Positions 40,350 through 49,548 of a DNA stretch of 64,000 bases are shown piece by piece. Each line of letters opens with the position of its first letter. Within the stretch, counting starts at the first letter, position 1. The position numbers and the translations under genes are program-made. The notes under the pieces were generated by a model. It was not told the origin of the DNA and did no database searches. It worked only from the letters and a program-made list of their open reading frames with translations. This DNA is from an uncultured Dehalococcoidales bacterium (GTDB lineage Bacteria; Chloroflexota; Dehalococcoidia; GIF9; UBA5629). The stretch is taken from NCBI GenBank assembly GCA_964554375.1, contig CAZKOL010000003.1, positions 7,206 to 71,205 on the forward strand, read 5' to 3'.

Positions 40350-42047
40350 ATGGCAAACAATCCGGATAATCCCAGAGCTAAAGGTGGCGCCCCTGGTGGG
40401 GCAACTCAGCAGGGCATTGCCAAGCTGAACGTCCAGTATGCGGCGCCCATGCCGCAGGCCCTGGGATTGATACCAGAGGACGTGGCCAAAAGGTACAAGG
40501 TGCTGCCATTGGCGCTGGAGAACAACACGCTGCGGATTTTTATGGCCAATCCAAGCGATGTACTGACCATTGAAAACCTGTCGATTTATACCAGGAGGCG
40601 CATTGAGCCGGTGGCCGCCTCAGAAGCGGATATCAAGGAAGGCATTGAGTACAATTATCGAGCTCTAAAGGATGCTTCCAGACTGGACGCCGGGACGGGC
40701 TTAGACACAGGACCGGTAAACACGCTCCCTCCGCGCACAGCGCCGCGTGTAGCTGGGCCCGCGGCACCCCCCGCTGCTACGGGGACTGCCGGTACCGCTG
40801 GTCCGGTCGTTCCTGCACAAGCCGCCGGCATATTACCCCTGCCCCCATATGACGATAGAGTAATTCCACCTGAGATAACCAGCGATTCTCCCATAGCTCA
40901 CCAGCTCGATAAGATGCTGGACGAAGCCGTCAAGGCCAGAGCATCCGATGTACACATCGAGCCGGATGACGACAGGCTGCGTATACGCTACAGGATCGAT
41001 GGCATATTGCATGAAGTGGCCTCGCTGCCCCTGACCGTGCACCACGGTCTCATTTCGCGTATAAAAATCCTCTCAGATATGAATATCGCTGATCACAGGC
41101 GGCCCCAGGATGGCCAGTTCTCCTTTGATTCAGATAATAAATATATAGATGTTCGTGTGGCTACCGTGAATACGGTTAATGGCGAGATGGCTGTATTGCG
41201 TCTGCTGGACAAATCGGTGGCAGCGATGGCTCTGCCCCAGGTCGGGTTTTTGCGTGAGAGCCAGGAGATGTTTGAGCAGATGCTTATGATGCCATATGGC
41301 ATGGTGCTTATCAGCGGCCCCACCGGCGCGGGCAAGACGACCACACTTTATGCCGCCGTCAATTCCCTGGATCGTGTAGGCAAGAATATAATAACCGTGG
41401 AGGACCCTGTCGAATATCGCTTTTCAGACATTAACCAGATACAGGTTAATGTAAAGGCCGGCCTGACCTTTGCCAGCGGGCTGCGCGCCATAGTGAGGCT
41501 CGACCCCGATGTCATCCTGGTGGGCGAAATCCGCGACAGCGAGACAGCTCTGATAGCCGTCCAATCGGCCCTGACCGGACATCTCGTGCTGTCTTCAGTG
41601 CACGCCAACGACACGGTGGGTGCAGTCTTTCGCCTGATTGACCTCGGGGTAGAACCCTTCCTGATCAGTTCAGCCCTGATTGGTATCGTGGCCCAGCGTA
41701 TGGTGCGGCGAGTCTGCCCTCATTGTGCTCGCAAGGTGACGGCGCCACTGGTAGAGCAGCTGGCCTATGAAAAAGAGATGGGAGAGGCGAGGGCGGAATT
41801 CATGTACGGCGAAGGATGCAAGGTGTGCGTGCATACCGGCTATCTCGGCCGCACTGCTATATTCGAGATACTGACAATAACCGATAATATTCGCAGGATG
41901 ATAGTGGGCGGTTCGAGCAACACCGATATACGGGCCGCCGCACTCAGCGAAGGACTGGTGCCCATCGCCCGCTACGGCATGCTGCAGGCCAAGGCCGGCA
42001 TTACCACACCCTACGAGGTACTGCGAAACGCCTATACCATTTCCTGA
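40350..42047 (+). CDS. pilB: type IV pilus assembly ATPase PilB/GspE
   Basis: N-terminal GSPII_E_N/MshEN-like domain, Walker A GPTGAGKTTT and a tetracysteine motif (CPHCAR...CKVC). Confidence 0.85.
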   Translation: MANNPDNPRAKGGAPGGATQQGIAKLNVQYAAPMPQALGLIPEDVAKRYKVLPLALENNTLRIFMANPSDVLTIENLSIYTRRRIEPVAASEADIKEGIEYNYRALKDASRLDAGTGLDTGPVNTLPPRTAPRVAGPAAPPAATGTAGTAGPVVPAQAAGILPLPPYDDRVIPPEITSDSPIAHQLDKMLDEAVKARASDVHIEPDDDRLRIRYRIDGILHEVASLPLTVHHGLISRIKILSDMNIADHRRPQDGQFSFDSDNKYIDVRVATVNTVNGEMAVLRLLDKSVAAMALPQVGFLRESQEMFEQMLMMPYGMVLISGPTGAGKTTTLYAAVNSLDRVGKNIITVEDPVEYRFSDINQIQVNVKAGLTFASGLRAIVRLDPDVILVGEIRDSETALIAVQSALTGHLVLSSVHANDTVGAVFRLIDLGVEPFLISSALIGIVAQRMVRRVCPHCARKVTAPLVEQLAYEKEMGEARAEFMYGEGCKVCVHTGYLGRTAIFEILTITDNIRRMIVGGSSNTDIRAAALSEGLVPIARYGMLQAKAGITTPYEVLRNAYTIS

Positions 42048-42062
42048 GCGTTGATCAATCCT

Positions 42063-42106
42063 GCGACGTAGGGGCGTACCTCCAGGTGCGCCCGCATTAG
42101 GGTAGT
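42063..42106. repeat. REP-like repeat (X module, inverted orientation)
   Basis: GTAGGGGCGTACCTCCAGGTGCGCCCG, between pilB and pilC. Confidence 0.55.
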
Positions 42107-42199
42107 ACGATAGTACTATTATAATTTTGACCAAGGGTCTATTTACTATTCATCCATGTAATGTATCATTATAAAGGGATACTATCTTCGGGAAAATAG

Positions 42200-43414
42200 A
42201 TGGATTACGAGTATATCGGCTACACCGCTGACAGGCAGGTGGTCAAGGGAAAGATCGATGCTTCCGGGGAGAAGGATGCGGAGGACAGGCTGGCGGCAAG
42301 CGGTTACCAGATACTTAGCCTGAAAGCAAAAGGAGGGTCTATCATAACAGGTATGCCCTCACTGTTCGAGAAGGGGGCCAAGCAGGAGGAGATCGTACTC
42401 TTCTCCCGGCAGCTTGCGCTGCTGCTGGAATCGGGCGTGGGCATTGTGCAGAGTCTTGACCTGCTTAAGGCCCAGACCACCAACAAAGCCTTTGCCGGGA
42501 TGCTGGACACCATAATATCAGACCTGCGCGCAGGCAACCCGCTATCGGCTACGCTGGAAAAGCATCCCAGGGCGTTCAACAGGATGTACTGCAAGATGAT
42601 AGCCGTGGGTGAGCAAACCGGCCAGCTGGAGAGCGTGCTGCGCAATCTTGCCGGCTATGCCGAACAGTCCACCGCTGCAACGCGCAAGATAAGGCAGGCC
42701 ATGACCTACCCCATCATAGTGCTGGTTTTGGCAGTGGCCGTGGGTTTTCTGGCTGTTACATTTATATTGCCGCCCATCATGGACATGTTCAAAACCCTGG
42801 GCGGCGAGCTTCCCTTTATGACTGTGATGCTCATTGGTTTCGTCACCTTCATGGGCAGCTACGGTGTATATGTGATGCTGGCTGTGCTGGCCGGCTGCCT
42901 GCTTCTCTACATGTATACCAGGACACCAGATGGTGCACTGCAAAAGGACCGCTTCTTACTGAAAATACCCATGATGGGCAGGCTTAACCTGATAAATACA
43001 TTGGCGCGCATCTGCCGCAGCATCACCATACTTTTTCGTTCCGGCCTGCCTCTGCCCGAGATACTTAAGCTCACGGCCGAGTCGAGCGGCAACATGGTCA
43101 TCTCCAATGCGCTGATGGACGTGGAACAGGATATCATCAAGGGGGAGGGACTGGCCTCGGCCATGGGACGGCATCCCGAGTTTCTGCCGCTCATGGTAGA
43201 GATGACCCGTGTGGGTGAGGAGACGGGAAACCTGGACAATACGCTCACCATCGTGGCCGATAGCTTCGAGATCGAGGCTGCCGACAAGCTGACGGCTGTG
43301 CTTGGTATGATCGAACCGGTCATGACCATCGTTATAGGGCTGGCTGTAGGCTTCCTGGCGTTATCCATTTTTGTACCGCTTTACTCCGGCATGAGCCTGG
43401 TAGGAGGTGGATGA
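42200..43414 (+). CDS. pilC: type IV pilus platform protein PilC/GspF
   Basis: Two GspF repeats and three TM segments. Confidence 0.85.
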   Translation: MDYEYIGYTADRQVVKGKIDASGEKDAEDRLAASGYQILSLKAKGGSIITGMPSLFEKGAKQEEIVLFSRQLALLLESGVGIVQSLDLLKAQTTNKAFAGMLDTIISDLRAGNPLSATLEKHPRAFNRMYCKMIAVGEQTGQLESVLRNLAGYAEQSTAATRKIRQAMTYPIIVLVLAVAVGFLAVTFILPPIMDMFKTLGGELPFMTVMLIGFVTFMGSYGVYVMLAVLAGCLLLYMYTRTPDGALQKDRFLLKIPMMGRLNLINTLARICRSITILFRSGLPLPEILKLTAESSGNMVISNALMDVEQDIIKGEGLASAMGRHPEFLPLMVEMTRVGEETGNLDNTLTIVADSFEIEAADKLTAVLGMIEPVMTIVIGLAVGFLALSIFVPLYSGMSLVGGG

Positions 43415-43839
43415 TGATGGCCAATTTGCGGATGCACAGGTCAGAAAGGGGTGTCTCTCTGGCAGAGGTATTAGTTGCCCTTGTCATCCTTGCTTTTGTG
43501 GGTGTAGCGGTCATCGCCGGTGTTTTTACGTCTATCAAAAGCAATGAAACTGCTCGTACCCGTATTTCTGCCGAAAGTCTGGCACGCTCTGAAATCGAAT
43601 TTGTTTACTCACAGCCATATGTAGCTACGAACTGGACTTATATCCTGCCAGATAATCCATCATATCCGGCAGGATGGGATGCAACCCATAGCATGCCGGA
43701 GGGCTATGCTGGCTATTTAATCACGGTGTCTGCAAGCGAGAATGATTCTGGCACAAAGAGTAGTAAACAAAAAATAACCGCAGCCGTGAGTTATAACGGC
43801 AGCCCGGTTTTAACTATAGTCACATACCAGGCGCAATGA
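43411..43839 (+). CDS. prepilin-type N-terminal cleavage/methylation domain protein (minor pilin)
   Basis: The class III signal pattern G-VSLAEVLVALVIL has Glu at +5. Start overlaps the pilC stop. Confidence 0.55.
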   Translation: MMMANLRMHRSERGVSLAEVLVALVILAFVGVAVIAGVFTSIKSNETARTRISAESLARSEIEFVYSQPYVATNWTYILPDNPSYPAGWDATHSMPEGYAGYLITVSASENDSGTKSSKQKITAAVSYNGSPVLTIVTYQAQ

Positions 43840-43875
43840 TTAACTAATTCGCATAATGACAGAAGGCTATTGTTA

Positions 43876-44391
43876 ATGGGTTATAAGAAACAAAACGGGT
43901 TTACCCTGGTCGAGCTTCTCGTCATAATAGGAATCCTCGGGTTCCTTTCTGCTGCAATAGCCATGACTTTCAGTGTGGTAACGAGGACCAGCACCATGGC
44001 AATGGGGCAGACCAGGGCATTGAGCCAGGTGAACCAGGCAGGAAGCTGGATCTCGCGGGACGTGGAAAACGCCGTAGCCAGCACTGTGCAGCCAACCACA
44101 GGAAATATACTATGTTCGATGCAAAGTTCGGTGTGGAACGGCTCGACTTTTGGTGCGGAAAATATAACATATATGATTAATAATGGGGTACTAACGCGAA
44201 CCAGCCAGCTCGGCATCAATCCCGCAAATACCATTAACGTTGCGCAGTTCATTGAAGGCCCGAGTGCTGACACCACGTATTTTTCGTCCGAAAACACTAC
44301 AAACAAATATTTCGTATTGACCGTAAAGGCTAATTACAACAACTCCGTTTTTACCAGGGTTTACAAGATGAAACAGGTGCTTACTCAGTAA
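43876..44391 (+). CDS. prepilin-type N-terminal cleavage/methylation domain protein (minor pilin)
   Basis: KKQNG-FTLVELLVIIGIL is a canonical type IV prepilin leader. Start placed at the ATG after an AGAAGG RBS. Confidence 0.65.
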   Translation: MGYKKQNGFTLVELLVIIGILGFLSAAIAMTFSVVTRTSTMAMGQTRALSQVNQAGSWISRDVENAVASTVQPTTGNILCSMQSSVWNGSTFGAENITYMINNGVLTRTSQLGINPANTINVAQFIEGPSADTTYFSSENTTNKYFVLTVKANYNNSVFTRVYKMKQVLTQ

Positions 44392-44409
44392 GCAGGAGGG
44401 CATCTCATC

Positions 44410-45729
44410 ATGTTTAATAAATCGATATGGAAGAGGTTAAAAGGCCAATCGGGCATGGCGTTGCCGATGGCCCTGATACTGCTGGTCGTGGCATCATTCA
44501 TAGTTGTGCCCGGCCTGTGGGCTACAGGCAGCATGCTTAAGATTAACCATGATATGGAAAATGATAACACGGCATATTATGCTGCTAAGGCGGGTATTGC
44601 AGATGCTTACTGGAGATTTAAAAATCCTGAGATGGCTCGATCTTTTCCTTATCCGCTGGATAATCCAGTAAACAACATGACCGTAAATGTCTCGCAGGTA
44701 AGTAAGACAGTGGTGGGTTCTACCACGACTTATGTTATCAAGTCGGCTGCCACACTTAACAGTAAACTATGGAGCACTGTCTATGCTTCGATTGATGTTA
44801 ACTCCGGAAGCGGATATCCTTTTGATTACGCCATTGCCAGCACGGACGGGAACATCGAGATTCACTGCAATGCCCATGTAAATTCTATACCGACTAATGG
44901 CCAGGCTAATGTATTTGCCAATGGTGAACTCAATGTGGATACCTGCCTCTCTGCCGATGTAAATGGTACAGGATATTACACAACTGGTACACCGGATTGC
45001 CGGCGTATCACAGGTGGGTGCACAAAAAAGACAGCGGTTGTATTCCAAGAGCTGGATATATCATGGTATTGGGCCCAGGCAGAAAGAGGTAACGCCTTGC
45101 CCAGCCCACCAGCATGCTGGCCAACGAAAACCTGCAGCATACCTACCACGTATGGAGCCACAACCTATACAATTTACGGCGGTACTGCAGCAAGTCCCAC
45201 TTACCTGGGGCAAGAAGGCAAGACTTCATACATTGACGGTAATCTGGAACTTGATCATCAATCGGGTGGCAAAGAGCGAATTATATTGCGAGGTGTAGTA
45301 TGGGTAAACGGTAACATCAGCATTGAAGGTGGTACCTACATCTATACGGACCCGAGCCAACAATGTTATTTACTGGCGCATGGGGGTGCGGTGGATCACC
45401 ATAGTATAACGTTGGTCACAAATTCTAAAATAATGTCTACCACAAACAACTTGAATCTAATATCTGACAATGGTGATATTACGATTGAAAGCGGTGTTGA
45501 TGGCCCGACTATAGGCGCCCCGGTGCTCCTCGGTGTCTTCTATGCTCCAAACGGCGCAATTATAGTTAATTCTAACTCCGACGTAATCGCCAGTGCAGTC
45601 CTCGGAAAAAGCGTCAAATTAGAAAGTAACGTTACTATCAATTACGATACAGCCCTTCGAGATAATCCGCCTGATGGTTTTGAAATTAACGTTACCTCCG
45701 TAAAGATGACGGGGTACAGTGGTCAGTAG
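44410..45729 (+). CDS. large pilus-associated protein (PilX/PilY-like candidate)
   Basis: 439 aa with an N-terminal hydrophobic segment. N/T/G-rich and embedded in the pilus operon. No firm family match. Confidence 0.3.
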   Translation: MFNKSIWKRLKGQSGMALPMALILLVVASFIVVPGLWATGSMLKINHDMENDNTAYYAAKAGIADAYWRFKNPEMARSFPYPLDNPVNNMTVNVSQVSKTVVGSTTTYVIKSAATLNSKLWSTVYASIDVNSGSGYPFDYAIASTDGNIEIHCNAHVNSIPTNGQANVFANGELNVDTCLSADVNGTGYYTTGTPDCRRITGGCTKKTAVVFQELDISWYWAQAERGNALPSPPACWPTKTCSIPTTYGATTYTIYGGTAASPTYLGQEGKTSYIDGNLELDHQSGGKERIILRGVVWVNGNISIEGGTYIYTDPSQQCYLLAHGGAVDHHSITLVTNSKIMSTTNNLNLISDNGDITIESGVDGPTIGAPVLLGVFYAPNGAIIVNSNSDVIASAVLGKSVKLESNVTINYDTALRDNPPDGFEINVTSVKMTGYSGQ

Positions 45730-45812
45730 AATATTGTTCAGCTTGCTGATGCTGTGTTGAATACGGTAGGTTTTCATGTATAATAGGAATAAATACCTGA
45801 AGAATAAAGAAT

Positions 45813-46409
45813 GTGGCATCGCCTGTAGAAGCACCTAAAGCAACCAAGAGTAATATATCGCAGCGCCTGCCGCGCCTCAGTACCTCCGTCTGGCTGATCC
45901 TCATACTGGCCCTCTTTTTAATCGTCATGGCGCCAATGGTCACGGGCTATATTGAGCAGGTATCACAGCAGGCTGCAATACAGTTGCAGATAGACCAGGT
46001 CCAATCGCAGATCGACGAATTGAATGCCAAAATGGCATCCCTGACCACTGCTACGACCGAGGCGGCCAGGATGAAGGCTGAACTGGAAGTGGCCAAATTG
46101 CAGTATAAAAATATCGGCGATAACGCCGAGGTTTCGCAGATCATCATGGCGCTGGCATGGGACTATGACATCACCATCACCAGTATGACGGTCTCCCAGG
46201 CGATAAACAAGATGCTGGGCACGGACTACCCCGTGCTCACCTACTCTCTCAGCCTGTCTGGCCAGGTGGCCAATTTTCAGAATTTCCTGATTGCTGCGGG
46301 TAACAGGTTGCCATCATGCCAGTTCACCAGCGTTTCCATCACGCCGGCCACGGTGGAAGGGGAACTGGATAACGCCTCTGTAAATTTACAGGTTTACTGC
46401 AATGAATGA
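45813..46409 (+). CDS. PilO/GspM-like pilus alignment protein
   Basis: N-terminal TM, a coiled-coil (QIDQVQSQIDELNAKMASL) and a C-terminal alpha/beta domain. GTG start, weak RBS. Confidence 0.4.
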   Translation: MASPVEAPKATKSNISQRLPRLSTSVWLILILALFLIVMAPMVTGYIEQVSQQAAIQLQIDQVQSQIDELNAKMASLTTATTEAARMKAELEVAKLQYKNIGDNAEVSQIIMALAWDYDITITSMTVSQAINKMLGTDYPVLTYSLSLSGQVANFQNFLIAAGNRLPSCQFTSVSITPATVEGELDNASVNLQVYCNE

Positions 46410-46430
46410 CCTGAGGTACAGCTGCACGAC

Positions 46431-47327
46431 GTGATTACAATCAATATCGAAGACAGCTCGGTGAAAATCACCTCGGTAAAGGGGAAACGGGTGGTCTTTG
46501 CGGCGGAAGCCCCGCTGGAGGCAGACTGGGTACAGAACGGCATTGTTTTTGAGAAAGCGCACGTCAGCCAGGTGATCAGCATGGTGCTGGCACAGTATAA
46601 AATACGTGAAAAGGAGGCGGTGGCCAGCGTCAGTGGCTTACACTCGATCTACAGGGTTGTGTACGTGCCCAAGCTGAACCGTGAATTGCTGGCGGAAGCG
46701 GCCAGGAAGGAGATGGCGCGGGCTGTAGCAGTACCCCTTTCATCGATCTATACGTCATGGGCCGACGTGAAGATATCGGACAGTGAGATTGCCCTCTGCC
46801 TGGTGGGCCTTCCCTTCGATAACGTCAATTCGGTAATCGAGACAATCAAGCTCTCCGGTATGCAATTGAAATACCTTGAACTCAAACCGCTGGCAGTGTC
46901 CCGCGTTATCGATGAAAAAACCGCTATCGTGATTAACGTGCAGGCAAATTGCTTCGATCTGACGGTTATGAACAACGGCATCCCCGAAATAGTCCGCAGC
47001 CTGCCTTTTCAGGGTGGAGCTGCGATGAGCGAAGGGGATAAGGCCAGGATGGTCAAGGAAGAAGTGGACCGGACCATCAATTTCTACAATTCCGGCCACC
47101 CGAATAGTCCGCTGGGTACGCAAACATATTGCATAGTTAGCGGCATACTACGCGAGACCCTATCCATGGTGATGGGGTACCCGGTTAAGCCGGCCCCGGC
47201 CTTGCTAACCTATCCGCCGGGGCAGGACGGCAACGATTTTATTGTCAACAGCGGCCTGGCGTTGCGCACTATAAATCCATTGACGAAGGTAGATATAAAT
47301 TGTATTGCCGAGCGCGGCGCCGGCTGA
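46431..47327 (+). CDS. pilM: type IV pilus assembly protein PilM (actin-like ATPase fold)
   Basis: PilM-like length and blocks; sits next to the PilN/O-like genes. Confidence 0.65.
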   Translation: MITINIEDSSVKITSVKGKRVVFAAEAPLEADWVQNGIVFEKAHVSQVISMVLAQYKIREKEAVASVSGLHSIYRVVYVPKLNRELLAEAARKEMARAVAVPLSSIYTSWADVKISDSEIALCLVGLPFDNVNSVIETIKLSGMQLKYLELKPLAVSRVIDEKTAIVINVQANCFDLTVMNNGIPEIVRSLPFQGGAAMSEGDKARMVKEEVDRTINFYNSGHPNSPLGTQTYCIVSGILRETLSMVMGYPVKPAPALLTYPPGQDGNDFIVNSGLALRTINPLTKVDINCIAERGAG

Positions 47328-47841
47328 CAGGCCGGCTGCGGCAGGCTTAAACGCGGCCCCGCTGATCGCCCTGGGCGTCTGCGCTGCGCTGGTTCTGGGC
47401 ACGTGGGTAATGAGCGGCATGGCGGAAAAACAAACGGCCGATATGCAATTGCTGCTGAGCCAGAAGGCCGCCCAGCTTGGCAGCATGCAAAAACAGTACC
47501 GTGACGTAATAGACTTGACTACTAAAGCGAGCGATGCTGATCAGCAGATGCTGGCCCGGCTTAACGCGCCCATCAAGTATCTTGCTGAACAGAGGGGCAT
47601 GGTAAATCGCGACCTCGGGCAGGTTTTTGCAGCCCTGCCGGCTACCGTGTACCTGACAAGTGTTACCGATGACGGGAATCTCATACAGGTGCAGGGCTCG
47701 GCCCCCAGCGAAGAGATAATACTCAATTATGCCCGTGACCTGAGGAACTCGGGGATGTTCAGACTGGTATTGATAAGCTCGGTTGGCGCCAGCACTTACA
47801 CGGAAGTGACTTTTACCATTCAGTTGACTGTAAAACAGTGA
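47305..47841 (+). CDS. PilN-like pilus alignment protein
   Basis: N-terminal TM, then a coiled-coil and a C-terminal domain. The start codon (a TTG in the ORF track) is uncertain. Confidence 0.4.
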   Translation: MPSAAPADRPAAAGLNAAPLIALGVCAALVLGTWVMSGMAEKQTADMQLLLSQKAAQLGSMQKQYRDVIDLTTKASDADQQMLARLNAPIKYLAEQRGMVNRDLGQVFAALPATVYLTSVTDDGNLIQVQGSAPSEEIILNYARDLRNSGMFRLVLISSVGASTYTEVTFTIQLTVKQ

Positions 47842-47862
47842 ACCCGGGAAATATCAAATAAG

Positions 47863-48927
47863 ATGCATATCGACGAGTTATTGAAGCTGGCGGGGGAGAG
47901 CAGGGCCTCGGACCTGCACCTTATCGTGGGCGTGCCGCCCCTCTTCCGCATCGACGGTGAACTGAGACCTGCCGAAGGCCTGCCCGTGATGAAGCACGAG
48001 GATATCGACCATCTATTCAACCAGATCGCGCCTGCACGACAGCGGGACATCTTTTCCAAGGAGCTCGAGGTCGACTTTGCCTATTCCCTGCAGAGTGGTG
48101 GGCGGGGCAGGTGCAACGCCTGCTGGCAACAGGGATCAATCAGCCTTGCCGTACGCCTGCTGCCACAGCGCATACCGACAGTAGAAGACCTTGGCCTGCC
48201 CGATATGTGCAAGGAATTGATCAACAGGCCCCGGGGACTGATATTGGTCACCGGCCCAACGGGTTCAGGTAAGAGCACCAGCATCGCCGCCATGCTCAAT
48301 CACCTCAACAACACCATGAAGCGCTACATCGTAACCATCGAGGATCCCGTTGAGTACGTGCACCCCAATATAAAATGCGCTTTTTCTCAAAGGGAGTTGG
48401 AGCAGGACACGCACTCCTTTGTCAACGCCCTCAAGTACGTGCTCAGGCAGGACCCTGATGTGATACTGGTGGGCGAAATGCGCGACCTCGAAACGGCGTC
48501 GGCCGTGATGACCGTGGCCGAGACCGGCCACCTGGTATTATCCACGGGCCATGCTCCCAGCGCAGCCCAGTCGGTGGAAAGGATAGTGGATATGTTTCCT
48601 CCGCATGAGAGGAGCATGGCGCAGGCCCGCCTGGCGTCGACGCTTCTCGCTGTCTTCAGCCAGGTATTGGTGCCGCGCATCAGCGGAGGCAGGGTGGCGG
48701 CGGTGGAGATAATGCTGGCCAACGCGGCGGTCAAGAACCTGATACGCGAGGACAAACCCTTCCTAATACCAAACACCATACGCACCAGCTCCAATGTTGG
48801 CATGAAAACGCTGGATGACGCACTGGTCGACCTGTACAGGAAGGGGATTATCACAAGGGAGTACGTATTCGCCTTTTGCCAGGACGCTGAGGATGTGAAC
48901 AAGCTTCTGAGGGCGGCAAACATCTGA
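47863..48927 (+). CDS. pilT: twitching-motility retraction ATPase PilT
   Basis: Walker A GPTGSGKST and the overall length. Confidence 0.85.
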   Translation: MHIDELLKLAGESRASDLHLIVGVPPLFRIDGELRPAEGLPVMKHEDIDHLFNQIAPARQRDIFSKELEVDFAYSLQSGGRGRCNACWQQGSISLAVRLLPQRIPTVEDLGLPDMCKELINRPRGLILVTGPTGSGKSTSIAAMLNHLNNTMKRYIVTIEDPVEYVHPNIKCAFSQRELEQDTHSFVNALKYVLRQDPDVILVGEMRDLETASAVMTVAETGHLVLSTGHAPSAAQSVERIVDMFPPHERSMAQARLASTLLAVFSQVLVPRISGGRVAAVEIMLANAAVKNLIREDKPFLIPNTIRTSSNVGMKTLDDALVDLYRKGIITREYVFAFCQDAEDVNKLLRAANI

Positions 48928-48945
48928 TTAAAACGGAGAATAAAA

Positions 48946-48983
48946 AGAGGGGCTCGAAATCGATTTCGAGCCCCTCTTTTTTT
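48946..48983. terminator. bidirectional rho-independent terminator between pilT and pilA
   Basis: Perfect 15-bp inverted repeat GAGGGGCTCGAAATC/GATTTCGAGCCCCTC, flanked by AAAAA on one side and TTTTTTT on the other. Confidence 0.6.
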
Positions 48984-49003
48984 AGCACAGTATCAATAAT
49001 GAT

Positions 49004-49336
49004 TTAGGGGCAGGCGTCTTGGGTTATGGCGCCGGTGCTCTGGTCGACCGTATATGTGCACTTAGGTGCGCTTAAGAGGTAATCTTTCACACTGCTATTA
49101 GTAGCTCCCGCAGTTATCGGGGTTGCTGGAGGCGTGCCATTATGCTCATACATGTAGGCAGCTACTGCGGTCTGGATGTTTGCCATATCAGTGGCATTGG
49201 CCTCGCTCTCTCCTGAGCCGATAAACTTGGTCACATTGAGGACGACCACCGCTGCTAATGTGCCCAATATAGCTATGACCACCAGTAACTCGATGAGCGT
49301 GAAACCCTTATTACCGTACTTGAAAAACTTTTTCAT
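49004..49336 (-). CDS. pilA: type IV major pilin
   Basis: The KGFTLIELLVVIAILG prepilin leader and a GGAGGG RBS. The C-terminus is S/T-rich and carries a disulfide pair (C...C). Confidence 0.75.
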   Translation of the reverse strand: MKKFFKYGNKGFTLIELLVVIAILGTLAAVVVLNVTKFIGSGESEANATDMANIQTAVAAYMYEHNGTPPATPITAGATNSSVKDYLLSAPKCTYTVDQSTGAITQDACP

Positions 49337-49548
49337 ATTTCCCTCCATATTCTATTTTGCCTGCCCGTACCGACCTCACAGGGCTCTTTTATTTACACAT
49401 TATTTATACATTATCTATATCGCAAGGTCAATAGCCTGATGGTAATCCCTTGGCAGTACTTAAGTACCGCTCTTGCACATAAACCAGTTTATGTTATATC
49501 TTAGCAAAGATAATGGACGTGACAAAAGTCATAAGGTCAGTGGCCTGA

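Noticed and set aside
49337-49548. Sigma54 (-24 GG / -12 GC) promoter for pilA
   Set aside because: TGGCAG and TTGCA strings occur, but with spacing and orientation that do not fit the GG-N10-GC rule on the pilA strand.
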